In this document: positions 20,072-29,924 of the stretch, one piece after another
Numbering within the stretch: position 1 is the stretch's first letter
How the letters are laid out: the number at the start of each line of letters is the position of its first letter
Assembly (NCBI GenBank): GCA_963663275.1
Contig: OY760183.1
Location: 1,792,001-1,856,000 of the forward strand
From: Chloroflexota bacterium
Lineage (GTDB): Bacteria; Chloroflexota; UBA11872; VXOZ01
Direction: 5' to 3'
DNA length: 64,000 nt
The notes under the pieces: model-generated
What the model was told of the DNA's origin: nothing
The model's database searches: none
The model's input: only the letters and a program-made list of their open reading frames with translations
Program-made: the position numbers and the translations under genes

Positions 20072-21241
20072 CTATTCGCGCCGGTCTTCCCAGGCGTGCC
20101 AGTAGAGCGTCTCGATCTCCGCCGGCGTCGGTTGGCGGGGATTGGTGGCGGCGTTGGGGTCACGAGCGCCGTTGGCAACCATTTGGGGGAGCGCGTCGGA
20201 CAACTGCTCTTTGGTGACGCCGGCATCCTGCAAGGAGGCCGGAATACCGGCTTGGGCGCGCAGCTTTGCCAAGGCGTCGACCAGGGAGGCAACCGGTTGG
20301 CCGCCGTTCAGGCCGAGGCGCGCCGCAAGGTCGGCGTACCGCGCCGCGGCCGCCGGCCCGTTGAAGGCCACAACATAGGGCAGAAGCAGCGCGTTCGCCC
20401 GTCCGTGGGGGATGCCGAAGGCCGGAGTGAGTTGGTGGGAGAGCGCGTGGCACAGGCCCAGCCCCGCGCGCATGGTGGCGCCGGCAATGGCCGCGGCTAC
20501 GTGCATCTCGGCGCGGGCCGCCGTCTTGCCGGACTCCTGCACGGAGGCCGGCAGGTGCGCGAAGATTGCGGCGACGGCCCCGGCCGCCAGCGCCTGGGTG
20601 ACCTGATGGGATTCTACGGAGGCGATCGACTCTACCGCGTGCGCCAGCGCGTCGTAGCCGGTATCCGCCGCCACGTGGGGCGGCATGGTGGCCGGCAGCG
20701 CCGCATCGAGAATGGCGGCGTCGGGCGCGCCGGTAAAGAGGATGCGCTTGACCGGCGGCTGGGCCGTGGTCTCGGTAATCACCGCCCCCCGGCTGACTTC
20801 CGAGCCGGTGCCGCTGGTGGAGGGAATGGCGATGCAGGCAATCTGCCCGGTCTCGCGCGGCGGCGGACTATAGCCCGCGGCAACCTGGTCCGCCACCGTG
20901 ACGCCGGGCGTCTCGCACGCGGCGCGAATGGTCTTGGTGACGTCCAGCGTGGAGCCTCCCCCCAGGCCGATAATGGTGTCCGGCGCAAACTCCTCGGCCA
21001 GTTCTACGCCCGCGGCGCAGGTTTCCTGGGATGGGTCCGGTTCGACCTTATCGAATACGGTCGTGGCTGCCCCCGCTTGCTGCGCCAATCCGCACACCCG
21101 CTCGGTGAAGCCCAGCCGCGTCATCGCCGGGTCCGCCACCACCAGCACTCGCTCGCCGCACAGCGTGGGCAAGACCGCGAGCGCGCCGTCGCCAAGGTGT
21201 ATTTCGGTGGGCATTGAAAACGACCGGATTTCCACGAGCAA
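20072..21241 (-). CDS. Iron-containing alcohol dehydrogenase
   Basis: GLGGGSTLD, IPSTSGTGSE, DALAHAVE, HALSH, PHGRANA. Confidence 0.93.
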   Translation of the reverse strand: MLVEIRSFSMPTEIHLGDGALAVLPTLCGERVLVVADPAMTRLGFTERVCGLAQQAGAATTVFDKVEPDPSQETCAAGVELAEEFAPDTIIGLGGGSTLDVTKTIRAACETPGVTVADQVAAGYSPPPRETGQIACIAIPSTSGTGSEVSRGAVITETTAQPPVKRILFTGAPDAAILDAALPATMPPHVAADTGYDALAHAVESIASVESHQVTQALAAGAVAAIFAHLPASVQESGKTAARAEMHVAAAIAGATMRAGLGLCHALSHQLTPAFGIPHGRANALLLPYVVAFNGPAAAARYADLAARLGLNGGQPVASLVDALAKLRAQAGIPASLQDAGVTKEQLSDALPQMVANGARDPNAATNPRQPTPAEIETLYWHAWEDRRE

Positions 21242-21640
21242 TGGCTCCTCATTTCAGGAAGTGTCTTTGCGGGGCTGTGAAGACGTCTGCGCGCGTTGGG
21301 AATGCCTGCGCATCCGGTCGCGCTGCGCGGAACAGGGTGCGACGAGGCTGTTCGCTCTCCGTAGTATACGGCATTTCTTGGTGGCAAGGAGAACAGGTCA
21401 CACACGGCGGGACTTCTGGCAGGTCTAGCACAGCGGGACTAACGGGTACGGAGAGAAAGGCTGCGCTCCGTTTGCCTGCTCTGTTACGATAGAATTAGCA
21501 GAACACAGCGGCGTTTGCGCGCTATGCGCTTCCAGGCCGGACGAACGAAAACAGGCCGTGGCGCGCATAGGAAGCCAGCGCATGGGCTATGACTCTGCCT
21601 ATACTGACGGGAAGCATGTTCCCAACAACAGAGAACCTTC

Positions 21641-23008
21641 ATGATTAAGTCGCTTCGCCTCGAGAACTTCAAGAACTTCGCCGACGAGACCCTCCACCTC
21701 GGCCCGTTCACCCTCATCGCCGGCGCCAACGCCAGCGGAAAGAGCAACATCAGGGATGCTTTTCGGTTCTTGAACGGCGTCGGCCGCGGCTACACCCTGG
21801 CGGAAATCTTCGGCGGCAAGTACGGCGCGGATTGGCAGCCTATCCGCGGTGCGCCCGGTGAGATTGTCCGCCATAAACAACGAGCGTTTTCGCTCGAAGT
21901 TGAAATGCAGATTAGCAGGCCTGAAGGGCCTGACTTGGATAGCTTTAGCTACTCAATTCAATTGGACCGCGGCGATGAAGGCGGCGACGGATTTCGCGTC
22001 GTGGCGGAGTCACTAACCAGAATCCCGGAGCCTTTGGGTTCATCAGACTCGAGGGTATTGTTTTCAAGTGAGTCACTCCCGGGTTCTGAAACTGGCACGC
22101 AAGCAGGGGACTCTAAGTTGCGTCTTCGAGTGCCCTTAATTGATGAACTACCCCAAATTGATGAACTAGTGAAGGTAACAGCCGACAAGCCTGGCCTCAG
22201 CCAAGGCCTTACAACTCTTGATGAACACTCATTAGAGGAAGTACTTAAGACCGCAAGCAGGGAGTGGCTAACTGAAGAGATCTACAGGTTTGTCATCAAC
22301 ACTGAGATGCTGCGGGTAGAGGTAAAGCTTGGATTGATGCGCTTCCTAGAGTTCTCGCCGGAGCGATTGCGCGCGCCCTCCACGCCAGACGAGAGCGCAT
22401 TGGGAGACACGGGCGATCACCTGCCTGCAGTATTGAAAGCAATCTGTGCCAGTCCTCAGCGCAAGGCAGTGCTCCTGTCGTGGTTGCATGAACTTACCCC
22501 AATGGACGTTAGCGACTTGGAGTTTCCAGTCGATCTCAACGGAAGGGTAAACCTTAGAATTGTTGAGGCAAGCGGGCAACAGATTTCGGCTTACAGTGCG
22601 TCTGACGGCACGCTGCGCTTTCTTGGCATGTTAGCCGCGCTGCTGAATGAGGACTTCGAGGGGATCTACTTCATCGAGGAGATTGACAACGGTATTCATC
22701 CGTCACGGCTGCATCTCTTGCTCGAACTCATCGAGCGGCAAACGGCGAAAGGGAAGATTCAGGTTGTCGCTACTACGCATTCGCCGGACGTGTTGAATCT
22801 CATCAATGACACAACGTTCGAGAATGCCGTAGTGGTGTACCGCGACGAAGATGCGGCGGACGCCGTTATTCGCCGTGTAGCGGAGTTGCCCAACGCCGGA
22901 GAGTTGCGGCAGTCCCAGGGCTTGGGAAGACTTCACGCGTCCGGATGGATGGAACACATTCTGGCGTTCTCCGAGATAGACGATGAAGATGTGAGAGGCG
23001 GAGAGTGA
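21641..23008 (+). CDS. ABC-type (AAA_21-like) ATPase
   Basis: LENFKNF, Walker A GANASGKS, SDGTLRFL signature, Walker B FIEEIDNGIHP, H-loop TTHSP; no TM segments. Confidence 0.88.
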   Translation: MIKSLRLENFKNFADETLHLGPFTLIAGANASGKSNIRDAFRFLNGVGRGYTLAEIFGGKYGADWQPIRGAPGEIVRHKQRAFSLEVEMQISRPEGPDLDSFSYSIQLDRGDEGGDGFRVVAESLTRIPEPLGSSDSRVLFSSESLPGSETGTQAGDSKLRLRVPLIDELPQIDELVKVTADKPGLSQGLTTLDEHSLEEVLKTASREWLTEEIYRFVINTEMLRVEVKLGLMRFLEFSPERLRAPSTPDESALGDTGDHLPAVLKAICASPQRKAVLLSWLHELTPMDVSDLEFPVDLNGRVNLRIVEASGQQISAYSASDGTLRFLGMLAALLNEDFEGIYFIEEIDNGIHPSRLHLLLELIERQTAKGKIQVVATTHSPDVLNLINDTTFENAVVVYRDEDAADAVIRRVAELPNAGELRQSQGLGRLHASGWMEHILAFSEIDDEDVRGGE

Positions 23009-23568
23009 ACGTACTAATCATTCCGGAAGACTTCCTCAAAGACCAGTACATACTCAAGCCAATCTTTGAGCGGTTATTTCGCTCATTTGGGAAGAAGAGA
23101 GTAAAGATTCGGGTTTGTCAAAGACCGCGTCTCCGTGGGGTGAGTCAGGCGCTGGATCCAAGCCAAATCACGGCAATCGTAGAGCGGTATAAGAGCAAGA
23201 TGGATGTCTTCATACTCTGTGTGGATCGCGATGGAAATAAGCACAGGCGTCGCAGACTTGATGGTCTGGAGTCGCAGCACGCCGGTCAATGGGTTTTCCT
23301 GGCGGCAAACGCTTGGGAAGAGCTTGAAACGTGGGTGCTGGCGGGCTTGGACTTGCCTGCTGAGTGGAACTGGAGAGACGTGCGGGATGAACTCCATGTC
23401 AAGGAGCAATACTTCGAGCCGCTTGCCGCCGAACGTGGCTTGGCCGATGCCCCCGGCGGCGGGCGAAAAGAGCTAGGCAAAGAAGCTGCGCGCCGGATCG
23501 ACGCGATACGGCAGAAGTGTCCCCAGGATTTCGATACGCTTGCGCGGCGTTTAGAGGCCGTAGTCTGA
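23005..23568 (+). CDS. Hypothetical protein, TOPRIM-like (DUF4276/RloB-like) partner of the ATPase
   Basis: IIPED, CVDRDG, ELETWVLAG acidic motifs; GTGA overlap with the ATPase stop. Confidence 0.65.
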   Translation: MNVLIIPEDFLKDQYILKPIFERLFRSFGKKRVKIRVCQRPRLRGVSQALDPSQITAIVERYKSKMDVFILCVDRDGNKHRRRRLDGLESQHAGQWVFLAANAWEELETWVLAGLDLPAEWNWRDVRDELHVKEQYFEPLAAERGLADAPGGGRKELGKEAARRIDAIRQKCPQDFDTLARRLEAVV

Positions 23569-23806
23569 GCGGAAGACATCTCACTATCCGGCTCGACGCG
23601 CTAAGTGGTGCTTCGACAGGCTCAGCACGAACGGGTTTTTTCGCGATAGCTTCACTGCCGCATTGAGTACGACCGCCGTATCGAGTACGACTGCCGTATC
23701 GTGTTTGCCTGCCGCATTCAGTGTGCGGCAGGCTCAGGCGAACGAGAATCGACCAGCGGCGGCGCGTATACTGGCAGTCATCAAGGATTTACTGAAAGGA
23801 CGGGCC

Positions 23807-25651
23807 ATGGCTACAGCTACACCGCATAATCCCACGGTTGAACGCGATAACGCTAGTGAGAACGGACTGCTCAGGGTCTCCAGTCTCGCGGAGTTGCGGG
23901 AGCAGGGCGTGGTGACGGCGGCGGGGCGAGGGCATACGCTTGCCGTGTTCTGGCACAACGAGCGGGCGTATGCCGTGGACAACCGCTGTCCGCACATGGG
24001 TTTTCCGTTGGCGCGGGGCATCTGCGAGGACGGCGTGTTGACCTGCTACTGGCACTACGCCCGTTTCGACCTGGATTCCGGCGGCGCGTTCGACATCTGG
24101 GCCGGCGACGTGCGCACCTATCCGGTGAGCGTGCGCGACGGCGCCGTGTGGGTGGACGTGCGCGAGACCCAGAGCGCGGACGAGCGTTACGCGCAGGAAG
24201 CGCCGCGCTTGCAGAAGGCCTTGGACCAGGGCATTGCGCTCAATCAGGCCAAGTCCGTGTTGGCGTTGCTCGACCTCAAGCCCGCGGCGGCGACCAAGCG
24301 GATCGTGGCGACCACGGCGGAATTCGGACTGCGGCGGGGCTCAAGCCGCAATCCGGGCGGTTGGGGCGACGGGCTCACCATCCTCACGGCCATGGCGAAC
24401 CTCCAGCCGCACCTCCTGGCGGACGACCGGCCGCTTTCCCTCTACCACGGCACGCGCCGGGTGAGCGACGACGCCATGGGCCGCCAGGAACGCATTGTGC
24501 TCGATCCGCTGCCAACGAAAGCGATACCGGACGACCGCCTGAAGCGGTGGTTCCGGGAGTTCGTCGAGGTGCGCGACGCGGATGGCGCCGAACGCACGCT
24601 GCGCACGGCGATTGCGGCCGGCTGGCCGCCGGCGCGGTTGCTGGACATGCTGGCGGCGGCCGGCACCGATCACTACTACCGCGATTTCTCCCACGTGATG
24701 GATACGCTGGCCAAGGCCGCGGAACTGCTGGACATCATCGGCTGGGAGCAGGCCGCGGACGTGCTGCCGGCGCTCACCAGCCAGTGGGCCCAGGCCACGC
24801 GGGAAGAAGAACGGAACGCCTGGCTGCGGCCGGAAAACCTGGTAGCACTCGTAGAGGCGGCGGTGCCGGAACTAGGCGCTGCGGTCGATCTCGCGGCGCG
24901 GCCTACGGGCGGATGGGATGAGAGCCTGGTGGAGGCGCTGCTTGGCGAAGACCCGCAACGCAGTATCGACGCGCTCCTGGCGGCGTTCCGTGAAGGATTG
25001 GCGCTGGCCGACGGAGCGCAGGCGCTGGCGTATGCTTCCACCCTGCGTCTGACGCGCTTCCCCACCAGCAACGAGTTCGGCGATTGGGATACGGCGCTCC
25101 ACCACTTCACGTACTGCGCCTCGCTGGCGCAAGTGGCCAAGCGCGCCCCGTCCTTCGAGTTGGCGCGGGGCGTGCTGCACGGCGCGATGGTGGTCTACCA
25201 GGCGCGCTTCCTCAATATGCCCGCGGCGCGCCTGCCGGGAGCACAGGCGTTGGCGGCGCTGCCGGCGGACCCGACCGTTTTGCGGGAGCAACTCCTGCAG
25301 TATTGCGAACGCCAAGGCGGCGTGGACGAGGCCGGCGCGGTCACCTATCGCTACCTGACCCTCGGCCACGACCCGGCGCCGCTGATCGGCACGCTCGGCC
25401 ACGCGGTGCTGCGGGAAGACCCCAGCTTCCACGACTTTCAGATGCTGGAGGAAGGCGCGCGCCTGGCGCAAGACCTGGCGGCGGCCGGCCATGCCGAGGC
25501 TTCGTACCAGACGTTGGTCGCGATTGCCCGCTGGCAGGCGGCCCACGCGCCTACCCGCCGCGCCACGACCCAGACCTACACCATCGCCCGCCGCCTCCAC
25601 CGGGGCGAGGCGGTGTACGCCGATGGCGAGGACGGCGAGGGCACGTACTGA
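23807..25651 (+). CDS. Rieske [2Fe-2S] domain fused to a long uncharacterised helical region
   Basis: NRCPHMG...TCYWH Rieske ligands at the N-terminus; AAAGGA RBS before ATG 23807. Confidence 0.8.
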   Translation: MATATPHNPTVERDNASENGLLRVSSLAELREQGVVTAAGRGHTLAVFWHNERAYAVDNRCPHMGFPLARGICEDGVLTCYWHYARFDLDSGGAFDIWAGDVRTYPVSVRDGAVWVDVRETQSADERYAQEAPRLQKALDQGIALNQAKSVLALLDLKPAAATKRIVATTAEFGLRRGSSRNPGGWGDGLTILTAMANLQPHLLADDRPLSLYHGTRRVSDDAMGRQERIVLDPLPTKAIPDDRLKRWFREFVEVRDADGAERTLRTAIAAGWPPARLLDMLAAAGTDHYYRDFSHVMDTLAKAAELLDIIGWEQAADVLPALTSQWAQATREEERNAWLRPENLVALVEAAVPELGAAVDLAARPTGGWDESLVEALLGEDPQRSIDALLAAFREGLALADGAQALAYASTLRLTRFPTSNEFGDWDTALHHFTYCASLAQVAKRAPSFELARGVLHGAMVVYQARFLNMPAARLPGAQALAALPADPTVLREQLLQYCERQGGVDEAGAVTYRYLTLGHDPAPLIGTLGHAVLREDPSFHDFQMLEEGARLAQDLAAAGHAEASYQTLVAIARWQAAHAPTRRATTQTYTIARRLHRGEAVYADGEDGEGTY

Positions 25652-25947
25652 AAAAGCAGGACTGTGGCCGGAGAGCGAGGGTGGCGCGTTGCATTCGCGT
25701 CAAGGAAAGTGGAACGGCATAGAGAAACGGGAAGTGTAAGGAGAAGGCAGCCACAAGGCGTTGGGCAGGCATTAGGAGCGGGTAGCCGCAAGGAGGGCAG
25801 CCACAAGGGCTGCCCCTACGGTGGGGGTGAAGAAAAAACAATCCCTACACCGGTTGGTTGCAAGTGGGTTAGAATAGGTGAAGAAGAGCGGGCCGGAGGA
25901 TGGCCCGGCTCTGTGTGTATTGAATCGCCGCAAAGTGAGAGACAGGC

Positions 25948-27348
25948 ATGGCTGGAAAGACGCTGTTCGAGAAGATCTGGGAGAGTCACGTGGTGCACGA
26001 GGAGCCGGGCGGACCGGCGCTGCTCTACGTTGACCTGCATCTGGTGCACGAAGTTACGTCGGCGCAGGCGTTCGAGGGGCTGAGGCTGAGCGGTCGTTCC
26101 GTGCGGCGGCCGGCGCTGACCGTAGCGACGGTCGATCACAACGTGCCCACGACGGAGCGCGGGCAGCCGATTGAGGACGACATTTCCCGCCGCCAGATCG
26201 AGGCGATGGAACAGAACGCCGCCGAGTTCGGCCTCACGTTCTACGGCTACCGGAACCCAAATCAGGGCATCGTGCACGTCATCGGGCCGGAACTGGGCTA
26301 TACCCAACCCGGTAAGGTGATCGTCTGCGGCGACAGCCATACCTCCACCCACGGCGCGTTCGGCGCGTTCGCGCTGGGCATCGGCACCTCCGAGGTGGAG
26401 CACGTGCTGGCCACCCAGTGCCTCATTCAGAAGAAACCCAAGACCATGGAAGTGCGGGTGGACGGCGCGCTGCCCCAGGGCGTGACGGCTAAGGACATCA
26501 TTCTGGGCATCATTGGGCACATTGGCGTGGACGGCGGCGTGGGCTACGTGATCGAGTACACCGGCGAGGCTATTCGCGCGCTCTCCATGGAAGGGCGCAT
26601 GACCGTGTGCAACATGTCCATCGAGGGCGGCGCGCGGGCCGGTATGATCGCCCCCGACGAAAAGACGTTCGCGTACTTGGAGGGGCGCAAGTACGCGCCA
26701 GAAGGCGCCAACTGGGAAGCGGCGCTGGCCTACTGGCGCACGCTGGCAACCGACGCCGACGCCAGCTATGACAGCGTGGTGACAATCGACGCCGCGTCGC
26801 TGGCGCCGCACGTGACGTGGGGCACGAATCCCGGCCAAGTGGTCCCGGTGACCGGCGCGGTGCCCAACCCAGGAGACTTGGCTACGCCGGAAGAGCAGGC
26901 CACCGCCGAGCGCGCCCTGACGTACATGGGTCTGGAAGGCGGCACGCCGATCCAGGACATTCCCATTGACCGCGTCTTTCTGGGGTCGTGCACCAACGCG
27001 CGGCTGGAAGACCTGCGGGCGGCGGCCGGCATCGTGCAAGGCAGGCGGGTGCATCCCGACGTGCGGGCGCTGGTGGTGCCCGGCTCGACGCTGCTCAAGC
27101 AGCAGGCGGAAACCGAGGGCCTCAACGAGGTCTTTCAGGCCGCAGGCTTCGAGTGGCGCGAGGCCGGTTGCTCCATGTGCCTGGGCATGAACCCGGACAT
27201 TCTGGCCCCCGGCGAACGCTGCGCTTCAACCTCCAACCGCAATTTCGAGGGCCGCCAGGGCAAAGGCGGCCGCACCCACTTGGTCAGTCCGCAGATGGCC
27301 GCCGCCGCCGCGATCGCGGGACGCTTCGTGGACGTGCGGGAATGGTAA
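25948..27348 (+). CDS. leuC: 3-isopropylmalate dehydratase large subunit
   Basis: [49 protein letters not shown]. Confidence 0.99.
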   Translation: MAGKTLFEKIWESHVVHEEPGGPALLYVDLHLVHEVTSAQAFEGLRLSGRSVRRPALTVATVDHNVPTTERGQPIEDDISRRQIEAMEQNAAEFGLTFYGYRNPNQGIVHVIGPELGYTQPGKVIVCGDSHTSTHGAFGAFALGIGTSEVEHVLATQCLIQKKPKTMEVRVDGALPQGVTAKDIILGIIGHIGVDGGVGYVIEYTGEAIRALSMEGRMTVCNMSIEGGARAGMIAPDEKTFAYLEGRKYAPEGANWEAALAYWRTLATDADASYDSVVTIDAASLAPHVTWGTNPGQVVPVTGAVPNPGDLATPEEQATAERALTYMGLEGGTPIQDIPIDRVFLGSCTNARLEDLRAAAGIVQGRRVHPDVRALVVPGSTLLKQQAETEGLNEVFQAAGFEWREAGCSMCLGMNPDILAPGERCASTSNRNFEGRQGKGGRTHLVSPQMAAAAAIAGRFVDVREW

Positions 27349-27414
27349 GGAGCGCAGGCGCAGGTCGACTCCTGCAAGTTATACCGATAGGCGCAATTGA
27401 ATAAGGAAAGCACG

Positions 27415-28023
27415 ATGGAGCCATTTGTCAAGCACACCGGCAAGGCAGCGGCGCTTGACCGCGCGAACGTCGATACCGACCAAATCATTCCCAAGCAGTT
27501 CCTCAAGCGGATCGAGCGCACGGGCTACGGGCCGTTCGCGTTCTTCGACTGGCGCTACTTCGAGGACGGCGCGACGCCCAATCCGGACTTTGAGTTGAAT
27601 GACGCGCGCTACGACGGCGCGACGATTCTCGTCACCGGCAGGAATTTCGGCTGCGGCTCCTCGCGCGAGCACGCGGCGTGGGCGCTGAAAGAGTACGGCT
27701 TTCTGGCCATCATCGCGCCCAGCTTTGCCGACATCTTTGCCAACAACGCGGTGGAGAACGGCATGCTCACGGTGGTCTTGCCGCCGGCGGACGTGGCCGA
27801 GTTGACGCGGCGGGCGCAGACTGTTGAGGACTACCGGCTGGCGGTGGACTTGGCCAAGACGACGGTCAGGGACGACCACGGCTTTGCGGTGGCGTTTGCG
27901 GTGGATCCCACCGTCCAACACCGCCTGCTCAACGGGCTGGACGCGGTGGGCCTGACCTTGCAACAGGAGTCCGCCATTACGGCGTTTGAAGAGCGGCGTC
28001 CCGGCTGGCTTGCCGCATCCTGA
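27415..28023 (+). CDS. leuD: 3-isopropylmalate dehydratase small subunit
   Basis: NVDTDQIIPKQFL, NFGCGSSREHA, SFADIF. Confidence 0.98.
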   Translation: MEPFVKHTGKAAALDRANVDTDQIIPKQFLKRIERTGYGPFAFFDWRYFEDGATPNPDFELNDARYDGATILVTGRNFGCGSSREHAAWALKEYGFLAIIAPSFADIFANNAVENGMLTVVLPPADVAELTRRAQTVEDYRLAVDLAKTTVRDDHGFAVAFAVDPTVQHRLLNGLDAVGLTLQQESAITAFEERRPGWLAAS

Positions 28024-28118
28024 ACGCGGCCGGCGGGGCAATGGGCTAACGCCTGGCTCCATGCACATTGCGCCGTAATCTCTTTGTCGATTGGCGCAAT
28101 TGGGGATGAGCGCCCGCG

Positions 28119-28589
28119 CTATGCGTCGGCAAAGTCACCGAGAGTGGGCCGTTCGACGGCGATGTAGTCCCGGCAGTTCATGATGATCGAGGCCGAGCGG
28201 CTGCCGGCGTTGAATGAGATGCGCTCATTCTCCAGCAGGCTGCGGTCCACATACGTGGGCAGGTCGAGCACGCTGCCAAACGGCGGCACCGCGCCGACCG
28301 CCAAGCCGGTGCGCTCGCGCAGTTCGTCCGGCGCGATCATGCGCAGGTCTTTGACGCCGAACGCACGCTTGAAGGTCCGCGTGCCCACGCGCTTGTGGGC
28401 CGGCACAACCGCCAGAATCAACTCCCCGTCCGCCGCGAAAACCAGCGCCTTCGCGCCTTCGCGCAAGGGCGTGCCGCGCACCGCGGCCGCTTCTTGGCTG
28501 GTCTTGACCGGCGCGTGCTCCTTGAAGTCAAAGATGACGCCGCGACTGCGGAGCAACTCTTGGATGCGTGCGGTTACTGACATTGTCAT
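28119..28589 (-). CDS. YbaK/ProX family aminoacyl-tRNA editing protein
   Basis: GAKALV, TGLAVGAVPPFG, FNAGSR. Confidence 0.85.
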   Translation of the reverse strand: MTMSVTARIQELLRSRGVIFDFKEHAPVKTSQEAAAVRGTPLREGAKALVFAADGELILAVVPAHKRVGTRTFKRAFGVKDLRMIAPDELRERTGLAVGAVPPFGSVLDLPTYVDRSLLENERISFNAGSRSASIIMNCRDYIAVERPTLGDFADA

Positions 28590-28655
28590 ACGTGACCTCA
28601 TTGCTCGCTACAGGCTATGGGGGGTTGGAACGTGAATCCGCCGCTGGAATGCACG

Positions 28656-29081
28656 CTATACGCCGTCCACCAACTCGATGCGGTCACCGTAACGGCGAAA
28701 GTCCGCGGTATTGAACGTCAACAGTCTGCGCTCCCCGTGCGCCAGCATGGTCGCGACGATGTTGGCGTCGTGAATTTGCCGCCCGCCTACCGCAACTTCG
28801 CGGCACAGCGCAAGCAACGTCTCGGTTACCCCGGGACCATCCTCGAGTATCTCGAAGTTGCTCGTCAACCGGTCCGCGTCGGCGAGCGCCTCCTCCCGTG
28901 TAATGGCAATCGGCCACGTCTGCGGGCGCGTGACCACGGACAGGTATTCGCGCACAACCTGCCGGCTGATCCGCAGCGGTTCACGGTCTTGCAATGCGCG
29001 TTCCAGTCTTGCTCTGGCGCGGTCGTGGTGCGGGGCTTCGAGAATGCGGGCAGTCACGAGAACGTTGGTGTCAATGAACAT
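28656..29081 (-). CDS. PIN-domain (VapC-like) toxin
   Basis: FIDTNVLV, QVVRE, IHDANIVATM, LLTFNTADF. Confidence 0.9.
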   Translation of the reverse strand: MFIDTNVLVTARILEAPHHDRARARLERALQDREPLRISRQVVREYLSVVTRPQTWPIAITREEALADADRLTSNFEILEDGPGVTETLLALCREVAVGGRQIHDANIVATMLAHGERRLLTFNTADFRRYGDRIELVDGV

Positions 29082-29088
29082 GCGAGAG

Positions 29089-29493
29089 CTAGATCCTGTC
29101 CTCGTAGATGTCCTCTCGCCCGAGGATCGATCCTTGCGGCCACGCCCCGGCGCGGTGGACGGGCCAGACCGCATCGAGCGAGCGCGGGCGCATGGCTTCC
29201 GCGCGCTGCCGCCGCAGCAGCAGCGTCTCAGAAACCATGTCCACCTCGGCTGTCTCCCAGCCGGCGGCGCTCCAGGCAAGCGCCTGGCTGTGACCGCCAC
29301 CCCCGCGTTGGTTGGCCCACCAGGGCCGGTGCAGGCGCGCGGACGTGGGCAGCGGGAAACCTAAGACGGATTCAATTTCGCTGAAAGATGCCCGCCATTC
29401 CGCGGCCCGCAGACGGCAGAGATACGTGTACAGTCTCTGATACTTGCCGCGGCTTGCCATCTCCCGATACTTCCGGTCTCGGTCTAGCTCCAT
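29089..29493 (-). CDS. Putative antitoxin: KY..L..YL...SF.EIE..LG..LP.SA....WWAN domain with a REDIYEDR tail
   Basis: 7 bp upstream of the PIN gene; GGAGG RBS. Confidence 0.65.
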   Translation of the reverse strand: MELDRDRKYREMASRGKYQRLYTYLCRLRAAEWRASFSEIESVLGFPLPTSARLHRPWWANQRGGGGHSQALAWSAAGWETAEVDMVSETLLLRRQRAEAMRPRSLDAVWPVHRAGAWPQGSILGREDIYEDRI

Positions 29494-29536
29494 GCTGGGA
29501 CCGCCTCCGCGTCACGAATTGGAAACGCGATTTCTC

Positions 29537-29572
29537 AGGTAGTATTGTAGGTAGTTAGTGTATGCCGCGCAA
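29537..29572 (-). promoter_or_regulatory. Putative promoter/operator of the toxin-antitoxin operon
   Basis: Minus strand TTGCGC-N17-TACAAT; ACTACCT direct repeats flank the -10. Confidence 0.55.
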
Positions 29573-29687
29573 GAAGGGGAGGCGGTTTCGCGAGCAAGGA
29601 CGCCCCCGCCGTGGGTAAGCAGACTGTGACGCGGAGCGTCGCTCCGTCGTCCACCCGCTTTGAGGTCGCCTACTAAAACAACAAGAA

Positions 29688-29884
29688 CCGTTCGTACTTC
29701 GACAGGCTCAGCACGAACGGTTCCTGATAGGTGGCACTACAATCCGTTCGCCCTGAGCGTGTCGAAGGGTGATTGGAACCGTCGCACGTTGGCAAACAAC
29801 CGTTCATGCTTCGACAGGCTCAGCACGAACAGGTCCTGATAGGTGGCAATGCAATCCGTTCGCCCTGAGCGTGTCGAAGGGTGA
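29688..29884. repeat. Two tandem 112-bp-period units of family E inverted pairs (CTTCGACAGGCTCAGCACGAACG / CGTTCGCCCTGAGCGTGTCGAAG); other E copies near 4940, 23610, 33411-33504, 62460-62570, 63130
   Basis: Units start at 29688 and 29800 and are near-identical. Confidence 0.88.
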
Positions 29885-29924
29885 GCGGATGAAAGCGCCC
29901 AGCAGCACTCTTGCATACACCTGC

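Noticed and set aside
25652-25947. Leucine attenuator or T-box upstream of leuC
   Set aside because: No Leu-rich leader peptide or T-box motif seen; the region holds a REP-like GGGCAGCCACAAGGGCTGCCCCTAC and a short hairpin
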